Shown: piece by piece, positions 57,113 through 64,000 of the stretch
How positions within the stretch are numbered: the stretch's first letter is position 1
Layout: every line of letters begins with the position of its first letter
Sequence record: LC819009.1
Length of the DNA stretch: 64,000 bases
Direction: 5' to 3' (one strand)
Notes under the pieces: generated by a model
What the model was told of the DNA's origin: nothing
Database searches by the model: none
Seen by the model: only the letters and a program-made list of their open reading frames with translations
Translations under genes and position numbers: made by a program

Positions 57113-57772
57113 TTACATGTTCTCGTTCAACACCGAAGTCGGATCTTTCTTCTTCGCCGCATAATGCGCTTCAAGCACATCCCACGTCGAGATGATGTCG
57201 CCCTGTTCGATTACGTCGAGATCCCGTTCATCAACGGAATCGTTCATATCCGAATAGAGGACAAATGCGTCTTCGCCTTCACCGAGGCGATTGAAGTCAT
57301 TCTTGATGCCGTGACGATCTTCCGTCCAGATGACACCATCAATGACACGCATGAAGTCCGGGTCATCGAACCCACGTCGTTCGGGATAGCGATTGCGATA
57401 ACTGTCCGAATACCCATCGATTGCCTGCTGTTCATGCAGGATTCTCGACATGATATTAGCCATGAGATAGCGTTGCATCACAGGCTTTGCGTTCTGGATG
57501 GATTCGATCGTCGACAACGGACGGATCACATCTTTACGCATCGGGTCAGCAGTCTGACGAACACGTGCTCGAATACGACGCAGTGCTCGCTCGCCATTAT
57601 ACCGATCAAACGCTTCACGCGAATCCTCAAAGAACCCATTGAAGAGTTCACTGATTCTCGGCGCATAGCGTTCGACACGATCTCTCAGATAACTGAGAGT
57701 TCCCTGATGGGGTTCTCCAAACAATTCGGCGTCGATATCCTCTTCACTGATATAACCGCCTCTGATTCCCAT
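57113..57772 (-). CDS. Conserved jumbo-phage hypothetical protein
   Basis: 219 aa; TAATG overlap with the nvRNAP stop codon. Confidence 0.7.
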   Translation of the reverse strand: MGIRGGYISEEDIDAELFGEPHQGTLSYLRDRVERYAPRISELFNGFFEDSREAFDRYNGERALRRIRARVRQTADPMRKDVIRPLSTIESIQNAKPVMQRYLMANIMSRILHEQQAIDGYSDSYRNRYPERRGFDDPDFMRVIDGVIWTEDRHGIKNDFNRLGEGEDAFVLYSDMNDSVDERDLDVIEQGDIISTWDVLEAHYAAKKKDPTSVLNENM

Positions 57773-59403
57773 TAGTGCAGTGTCCTCGTATTAAACATTT
57801 TGTGCATCCGCGCCAGCTTAGCTGGGTCGGGTCTGCGTGCTTGTTCGCTGTAGTTGTACAGGTGATTCACCACCGACGACACGATCGGTTTGGGCAACGG
57901 CATGTTGTCGCCGATCTTGCGCGGGCCGGACAGTTTCCACGCACCGAAGTGCGGAGCCAGATAACGGAGTTCATCCGTCGTCCAGTTGTCCATGGTCAGG
58001 AAGCCGAACATCTGATCGCCATCGAAGTCAGCATTCGGGCCAGCCACCGAGATGATCGGATAGCTGATCGACATGATCTTCGGATTAGTCTTGATCTTGG
58101 TCACGAACATCCGCTGGATCGAAGTACGATACATGGACGGGTTGCGACCGAAGATAACCGGAATACCACGGCGAACTTTGATCTCGCGAAGCTCGATCTC
58201 TCCATTCTCCAGATACTTCGGTTTCATCTGACCATCGACAATCGAAGCTTCGATTGTCGGCGACAGTTCGTACGGCGACTCATCCAGAAGCTCGTCGAAG
58301 AGTTCTTCGAGCAGCGGATGATGGACGTGCGTATGCGCATTCAGAAAGTACGATGCGTCGTTGTGGCCAAAACCACGACGGAACAACTTACCCATCAAGT
58401 GCAGACGGAACGTCGTTACTGCCAGAGCCCACGGCAGGTGAATCTCGTCATGGTGATGCGGCTCCGTGAGCGAATTGATAACCGCACGGAAGCTGAACCA
58501 ACAGCGAGTTGCGTAAACGTGTTTCCGTACCAGGCCAGGTTTGCCGGCGATGAAGTTCTTTTCGTAATCACGCCCGAACTCGGACAATGCTTCCGAAAAC
58601 TTGGACGCACGGTTTTCCTTTTGGGCAACCGTATAGTCCTTGATATCGCTGTCGATACCGGAGATGTTCCGGACGGCATCGATAATCGTCTTCAACGTCG
58701 TATCCATGTAAGTACCGAACTTGGTGTTCTCGATCACCAGGATGGTCTTGTTGTGCACAGGTACGTGTTGCGAGAAGATGCGATCGCGATACATTGCGAT
58801 AAAGATCTGCATCTCCCTGAGTTTCTCCTTCTTGTCTCTCGTGGAACTGAATTGTGGAAATTCACAAAGCTGACCGATGATCCAGTCAAAGTTGTGATAG
58901 AAGAAGTTCAGCCCGCGCTCGATGCGGCGGTTTTCCAGTTCGTCCATCCACCGACCATGATGCTGGCGATTCGGACGATAGTCCGTATTCGTCAGATACT
59001 TGATGATGTTGAACTTCTGGTTGCTGTTGTTCGAGAGACTGAAGAAGTCCGACAGCAGACGCCAAGCCTGAGGATTGATCAGTGCATCGACGCCTTTAGG
59101 CGCTTCAACCCAGATGATGGGCTCAAGCGGTTTATCCAACACAGCCTGAACCGGTTGCTTACATTTTCGACAGACGGTCCCCTTACCGTTTCTATCTACG
59201 TGATGCTGGCCGAACGTATGCCCACACGAACATTTCGGAATCGTGTCAAGCAGATCGGTATCGTTGTACGTCACGAAGAAGTTTTCGTCGAAGGCCGACT
59301 TCTCCGTTTCCAGCGTGTCCAGTACCTTATTGACGATGATGGGGTCTGATGTTATCTGCGAGAATAACTCGTCATAGTTTTGCATTTCCAAATGTGTGCC
59401 CAT
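57772..59403 (-). CDS. Non-virion RNA polymerase beta' N-terminal/catalytic subunit (gp55-like, uninterrupted)
   Basis: NADFDGD catalytic motif; CSC...CRKC zinc finger; GRNPSM; GGAGG RBS before ATG 59403. Confidence 0.92.
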   Translation of the reverse strand: MGTHLEMQNYDELFSQITSDPIIVNKVLDTLETEKSAFDENFFVTYNDTDLLDTIPKCSCGHTFGQHHVDRNGKGTVCRKCKQPVQAVLDKPLEPIIWVEAPKGVDALINPQAWRLLSDFFSLSNNSNQKFNIIKYLTNTDYRPNRQHHGRWMDELENRRIERGLNFFYHNFDWIIGQLCEFPQFSSTRDKKEKLREMQIFIAMYRDRIFSQHVPVHNKTILVIENTKFGTYMDTTLKTIIDAVRNISGIDSDIKDYTVAQKENRASKFSEALSEFGRDYEKNFIAGKPGLVRKHVYATRCWFSFRAVINSLTEPHHHDEIHLPWALAVTTFRLHLMGKLFRRGFGHNDASYFLNAHTHVHHPLLEELFDELLDESPYELSPTIEASIVDGQMKPKYLENGEIELREIKVRRGIPVIFGRNPSMYRTSIQRMFVTKIKTNPKIMSISYPIISVAGPNADFDGDQMFGFLTMDNWTTDELRYLAPHFGAWKLSGPRKIGDNMPLPKPIVSSVVNHLYNYSEQARRPDPAKLARMHKMFNTRTLH

Positions 59404-59443
59404 CCAACCTCCTTCAAAGCACGATTGTAAAAGATTTCTACTG

Positions 59444-59466
59444 CAGTATCCAATAGATGATATATC
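59444..59466 (-). promoter_or_regulatory. Early promoter motif with extended element (GATATATCAT-CTA-TTGGATACTG)
   Basis: Near-identical to 47067-47089. Confidence 0.6.
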
Positions 59467-59564
59467 GGTATACTTTTTTACATATAGAGACATCTATATA
59501 AAAAAACATACGGATAGATCAAAAGAAAAATCCGCAAGACTCGCTGGATTTTCCTCGACTGTCC

Positions 59565-59837
59565 TTAGTGGACAGTTGCCAATCGGAGTGGTTCCGATTG
59601 GTTGACGGTACGGTAGAGTGCTGCTTGTGTTGCATTGAGGTCATTCAGTTTCCGGCGTCCGTAATCGTTTTCGATCATGAACATCGCTGTTGCAATTTCC
59701 ACAACCGGTATTTCAGGAAAAGCTTGCATGACTGCGAGAGTTGCTTCTCGAATCGTTTTACCTGCATCACGCTCTTTGTAATAAGCTTCGCGAATGTTAC
59801 CGAAACTCAGGAGAGCGGAACTTCTTATTGTGTTCAT
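59565..59837 (-). CDS. Small hypothetical protein
   Basis: About 90 aa between the chimallin terminator and the nvRNAP promoter. Confidence 0.55.
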   Translation of the reverse strand: MNTIRSSALLSFGNIREAYYKERDAGKTIREATLAVMQAFPEIPVVEIATAMFMIENDYGRRKLNDLNATQAALYRTVNQSEPLRLATVH

Positions 59838-59867
59838 CTCAGTTCTCAAGTTGACGGCAAAAAAGAA

Positions 59868-59899
59868 AATAGAGAGAGTCCCGAAGGACTCTCTCTATT
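59868..59899 (-). terminator. Terminator after chimallin
   Basis: AATAGAGAGAGTCC-CGAA-GGACTCTCTCTATT followed by TTCTTTTT. Confidence 0.8.
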
Positions 59900-59930
59900 C
59901 AGTGGGTTACTACTGGCTTACGCCGGCAGC

Positions 59931-61877
59931 TTACCAGCGGTTGTCGTTGCGATCGGCGCGATCGTAGTAACGATCGTCGTAACGGTCACGCGACTGACGC
60001 TGATTGCGATACAGACCACCGCTACCCGGACGGGCCAGGATCGTATCGATGTTGCCATACGTGGTGCGATAGCGATCGCTGCCATCGCGGCTGCTCGACG
60101 TCGGGTTGAGCGACAGCTTGCAGCGGCTGATTGCTTCGATCAGCGCTTCGTCGAAACGGGTATCCCAGTTGTAACGCTGGAAGAAGCCCGTGATGACGGC
60201 GGTCGGCACGAAGTCACGGATGATTTCGTAGCGTTCCGATTGCGACAGCGTGTTGTCGTCGTTCGAAGCTGCGGCCATGCCCCACTTCTGGATCAGGAGC
60301 AGGTCGTCTTCCTTTTCCGGACGCAGCATGTTCAGCAGCGCCAGATAGTCGAAGTCGCGCAGGTCGAGGCGCATGCCGCGATCGCCTTCCGTGTAGTAAC
60401 CGCCATGGATCCGCTCGACGTGGCTGTCGAGGATCGGTTCCGTACGGTCGTACAGGTCTTCGAAGTGACCGTCGGTCAGCACGCAGCACGCGTCGTAGAT
60501 GCGATCCATTGCCTTCTGGCTGCCTTGCGCAGCTGCCATCAGGTCGACATGTTGCCAGGTCGAGGAGCCGCATTCCGGCACGTCGATCGAGTGGATCACG
60601 CCGGGACGCACGGTCGTACGCAGCAGAGCCTGACGCTTCGCAGCGGTGAAGCTCGCGTTCTTCGTTTCCCAGCGCTCGCCGAAGCCGCGTTCCAGATCCT
60701 GGAGGTTGGGTTCGATGGCCAGCGCGCCGATGTTGCGCATGTCGTCTTCACCGACCGAGAGGTTCGGTTCGAAGGCACGCATGATCTCGGCCGATTCACC
60801 AACTGCATGAGCCGTCGCGTGAGCGAGCATCATGGTCGTCGGCGAGAAGTCGACGGTGTCGGTGAACGTGTTGATGAAGCGCAGTGCGTACAGCTGGCAT
60901 TCTTCGCTGCGACGATCGCCACGACGAGCGTACAGATCGTTGCGGCTCGACGCGCCGTCGGCCGGAGCGTAGACGAAGTCGAAGTAGCCGCCGACACGCG
61001 AGATGCGAGTGCCGGTAACCAGCTGGTCGATCGGGTCGCGGCTGTTACGGCCACGGTTTTCGCGCGAGACGAGATCGATGATCATGTCAGCACGGACCGG
61101 CAGATGGCCACGATCGTAGATGTGGTTCTGGCGGTGCTGGATGTGCACGCTGTTGAAGCTGTCGTCGTCGGACTTCAGGCACAGCTGCGGCGCGTCCGGG
61201 TCGTTGCGGTCGATGGCCGTCTTGATGGCGGCGAACGAGTTCTTCACGCAATCGGCGATTGCCTGCGGATCGTCCTTGGCGGTCGGGAAACCACCGTAGA
61301 TGACTTCGGCATCTGCCGTGTACAGGTTTTCGTTCGGATACGCGTTGCCCAGAACTTCCTTCACGACGTCGCGAACCTTCGAGTCGTAGCCGTCGCCCGG
61401 CACTTGCACGACCGTCACGCGATTGCCGCGATAGCTTTCTTCACGCGGACGCAGCTCTTCGGCCGAGCCGGCGAGCAGGAACGTGTGATAGCCGACGCCC
61501 AGCTTTTCCTTGCCACGCTTCTTGCCTGCGATGACGATGCAGGAGAACGGAATGCCGGCGACCGATGCGTCGATCGGGAACACCTGGCAGTCCAGCATGT
61601 TGTTGTCGGTCTTGGCCGGCATGGCTTCCACGAAGTCACGACGGAACACTTCGAGCGCTTCCGCCGTGCCCGTCATTGCGATCGGGGTCGGGTTCATGCG
61701 GCCGATGTTGCTCAGCGATGCCGTACGGATAGTGCCGCTGGAGCGGCTTTCGTCACGGCGCGACGAGCGTTCTTCTTGTGCACGATCTTCTTGTTCGCGG
61801 CGGCTGCCACCTTGCTCTTGCGCACGGCGCATTGCGTCACGGACTTGCGATTGCTGATCTTTGCCTTCGATGCTCAT
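59931..61877 (-). CDS. chmA: Chimallin, major phage-nucleus shell protein
   Basis: 648 aa; segments PVRADM, MRNIGALA, ETKNASF, EPIL and RLDLRDFDYLALLN match recalled chimallin sequence; directly upstream of nvRNAP beta'-N; very strong codon bias. Confidence 0.9.
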   Translation of the reverse strand: MSIEGKDQQSQVRDAMRRAQEQGGSRREQEDRAQEERSSRRDESRSSGTIRTASLSNIGRMNPTPIAMTGTAEALEVFRRDFVEAMPAKTDNNMLDCQVFPIDASVAGIPFSCIVIAGKKRGKEKLGVGYHTFLLAGSAEELRPREESYRGNRVTVVQVPGDGYDSKVRDVVKEVLGNAYPNENLYTADAEVIYGGFPTAKDDPQAIADCVKNSFAAIKTAIDRNDPDAPQLCLKSDDDSFNSVHIQHRQNHIYDRGHLPVRADMIIDLVSRENRGRNSRDPIDQLVTGTRISRVGGYFDFVYAPADGASSRNDLYARRGDRRSEECQLYALRFINTFTDTVDFSPTTMMLAHATAHAVGESAEIMRAFEPNLSVGEDDMRNIGALAIEPNLQDLERGFGERWETKNASFTAAKRQALLRTTVRPGVIHSIDVPECGSSTWQHVDLMAAAQGSQKAMDRIYDACCVLTDGHFEDLYDRTEPILDSHVERIHGGYYTEGDRGMRLDLRDFDYLALLNMLRPEKEDDLLLIQKWGMAAASNDDNTLSQSERYEIIRDFVPTAVITGFFQRYNWDTRFDEALIEAISRCKLSLNPTSSSRDGSDRYRTTYGNIDTILARPGSGGLYRNQRQSRDRYDDRYYDRADRNDNRW

Positions 61878-61980
61878 TTTAGTGCTTTCCTGTTTTGGAA
61901 GAAATGAAAAGTAGATACGCGTACCAGAATTAGTCACGTACGATAAAGAATTGATCGCATTACTAACGCAGATCAACTTT

Positions 61981-61990
61981 GTAATATATC
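61981..61990 (-). promoter_or_regulatory. Early promoter of chimallin (GATATATTAC)
   Basis: Contains the exact phiKZ early consensus TATATTAC. Confidence 0.7.
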
Positions 61991-62178
61991 AATGAAATTT
62001 ATTTAAATCGCACGATATACCACAGCACGCGAACATAGGTGCTACAACATGCAGACGTTGTCATCTGCACAGTATAGGGGTAAAACAATAACTTTTTATT
62101 TCCCTGTACTTTGTCCCTGTCGCATGTTCATGCTATGACTCTGATTGCTAGAAAATTACCTAATACGGATGTGTTCGC

Positions 62179-63258
62179 ATGCTCAGCATCTTCAACGACC
62201 TTCAACCCAGGATGAAAGGTATCATCAGCTTTCCTGAATGGACATTCATTCGGGACGGTCTGATGATGAACCTGGACCACACCAACAAGTATTACCGCAG
62301 TGGTGCTTATGCGGTAGGTTCCGATCATGAACTGGTCAAGTTGTTGTTCGGTTTGACAACCAGTACGGATGAAGAACTGGCCACTTATTACAAACGCGTC
62401 GATGCAAAAGCATTGACGGTTGCTCAGCAATTGGGATTCACGACTTCTATCAGTAAGGGACGCATGTTCAACAATGTGTTCTTCTCCGGTAAAAGTCGAG
62501 AAGTCATCATCGTTCATAACGAAGACTTCGATCCCCAGCAAGTTACGGAGAACTGGCGTGATGCTCGTCCGATTCAAATCCTGCGTCATGGCTTTGACTT
62601 CATCGATTGTTTTCCTATGCAAGGGCAGCTGGAAAGCTCTGGAGTCAGCTGCTTCGCCATCAATCTGTCCATGCTCGGCGTGCAGTATCGAGCGTATCGC
62701 CAATGGCAAAAAAGCTACGTAACAGAAGAGACAGGTCGTAATTCGGTCTATCACTTCCTGTTTGCGTATCCGTTGAACAACATGATTTATGACGCAATGG
62801 ATCATGCGGTGTTTAACCGTTTGGTGCGTCTGAATCAAGATCTACCTACAAGCGACAATCAGTATCGTCATCCGTTTCATGTGACGAACTTCGTGGGTCG
62901 TGTGGATCGAATCCTGGGGAAAGTTCTCGATACACTTCGAAACAATCCTCTTGACTTTTACAACATCTGCGCCACGATCCCTCTGATCAATCAGGGCAGT
63001 TTGCTGGATCTCCTGAAGCTTCCGGACATCTACGAATCGCGGCAAATCAACTGGGCTATTTACATGGCTCGGATCGATATGCTGTTGTTCCTCCTGAGTT
63101 TCGATAACAATCTGAAGATGATGAATCAAAGCGAACTGAGTAAGATCAAGTACGCACTGAAGCTGTATCTGAAGGATGGTACGATTCAGTCTGCAGTACC
63201 GCGCGATCTGTTCGGCAAACAAAAGATCGTCATCGAACGACTGGTTGAAAAGATGTGA
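62179..63258 (+). CDS. Conserved jumbo-phage protein, probably virion-associated
   Basis: 359 aa; divergent from chimallin; assignment by synteny only. Confidence 0.6.
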   Translation: MLSIFNDLQPRMKGIISFPEWTFIRDGLMMNLDHTNKYYRSGAYAVGSDHELVKLLFGLTTSTDEELATYYKRVDAKALTVAQQLGFTTSISKGRMFNNVFFSGKSREVIIVHNEDFDPQQVTENWRDARPIQILRHGFDFIDCFPMQGQLESSGVSCFAINLSMLGVQYRAYRQWQKSYVTEETGRNSVYHFLFAYPLNNMIYDAMDHAVFNRLVRLNQDLPTSDNQYRHPFHVTNFVGRVDRILGKVLDTLRNNPLDFYNICATIPLINQGSLLDLLKLPDIYESRQINWAIYMARIDMLLFLLSFDNNLKMMNQSELSKIKYALKLYLKDGTIQSAVPRDLFGKQKIVIERLVEKM

Positions 63259-63259
63259 A

Positions 63260-63295
63260 CATATACCACTCTGGCGTAAGCCAGAGTGGTATATG
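63260..63295. terminator. Bidirectional terminator-like hairpin
   Basis: CATATACCACTCTGGC-GTAA-GCCAGAGTGGTATATG, perfect 16-bp stem. Confidence 0.8.
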
Positions 63296-63298
63296 GGC

Positions 63299-64000
63299 TT
63301 ATGGGTCTGGTGTGAAATTCGACGTGTATTTCGCGTAACTGTACATCTTGAAGTTATCAAGGTTTCCAATCCACGGGAACTCGGTCGTCGCGCCATTGGC
63401 TGTTTCAGAAATACAACCGATGGTCAGTATCTTCGTATTCAGTGAAAAAGCGGAAGCATTGAAAGTTGTACTTCCGTTCGCAACACCATTCTGATAGATG
63501 GTGAAGACATTACCCTGCTTAACGAACGCAGCATGGTATTTGGTATTCAGGTTGAAACTGTTCGTGGCACCAACGATGGTCAAATGGTTATCGTTTTGTC
63601 CGACGCTATAAAACAGCCCAAGCTTCTGGGAACGTCCAGTTGCATAAAGGGCATAGCCGTTATCGTTGTGATTTCCAAACGTGAAGAAGACAGCTTGACC
63701 AAAGTTGCCTTGCTTCAGATTGTAAAAATAGAATTCGAATGTGAAATCACTGACGAACGGATTAAAATTCCAAGGCGTCGTATCTGTTCGAAGATACGTT
63801 GTCGCCGGAGTAACGTTCGTCGATGCAAACAATGCATTCTGGGATCCAGACAATGCAGGCGTGCTCGCGAGTGTTACTCCTGTGTTTGTGATCGGCCACG
63901 CGTTCGGGCTCTTGTCTGTGAAGTCGCCTTCAAAATCAAGATTCAAGAGCGCTGGCGGTGTAGCTATTTTCTTTTTATAAAGGAGATTGGCACCTAGCAT
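63299..64000 (-). CDS. LamG/concanavalin A-like lectin-fold protein
   Basis: 233 aa; DFTFEFYFY, YHAAFVKQG...IYQNG and GNLDNFKMY..AKYTSNFTP motifs; RBS lies outside the window. Confidence 0.8.
   Translation of the reverse strand: MLGANLLYKKKIATPPALLNLDFEGDFTDKSPNAWPITNTGVTLASTPALSGSQNALFASTNVTPATTYLRTDTTPWNFNPFVSDFTFEFYFYNLKQGNFGQAVFFTFGNHNDNGYALYATGRSQKLGLFYSVGQNDNHLTIVGATNSFNLNTKYHAAFVKQGNVFTIYQNGVANGSTTFNASAFSLNTKILTIGCISETANGATTEFPWIGNLDNFKMYSYAKYTSNFTPDP

Noticed and set aside
59404-59493. N-terminal extensions given by the ORF track (nvRNAP beta'-N, chimallin, helicase, GIY-YIG, gp89-like and others)
   Set aside because: They run through promoter or terminator sequence. Downstream starts with good RBSs were used instead.
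1-64000. Specific host or phage name
   Set aside because: GC content and codon bias hint at a moderately GC-rich proteobacterial host, but this cannot be established without a search.

Overview
The window is part of a phiKZ-like, nucleus-forming jumbo phage genome (Chimalliviridae). Right to left, mostly on the minus strand, it holds chimallin (ChmA), four non-virion RNA polymerase subunits (beta'-N with NADFDGD, gp68-like specificity subunit, beta-C, beta'-C; none interrupted), an SbcD-like phosphoesterase, ChmC-like, PicA-like and gp70-like genes, a free-standing GIY-YIG endonuclease and an SF2 helicase. An accessory island follows at about 32-40 kb. Then come a virion RNAP beta' subunit, a putative tail-chaperone pair, thymidylate kinase, tandem SPRY genes, the exonuclease half of the split family-B DNA polymerase and a block of head and baseplate genes. 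The best new-biology candidates are: a roughly 450-nt structured non-coding region sharing a UGUGGUGA motif with a second structured element; a phage acyl-carrier-protein-like gene next to it; a -1 frameshift signal joining a G/GT-like chaperone pair; three lectin-fold genes sharing an N-terminal ML..(S/N)LL(L/Y)KKK tag; a DUF4326-like domain fused in frame to the DNA polymerase; and matching Arg/Asp/Tyr tails on chimallin and the gp70-like protein. All family assignments come from motif recognition and recalled gene order, not from database searches. phiKZ gp numbers are approximate. No tRNA or CRISPR array was seen.
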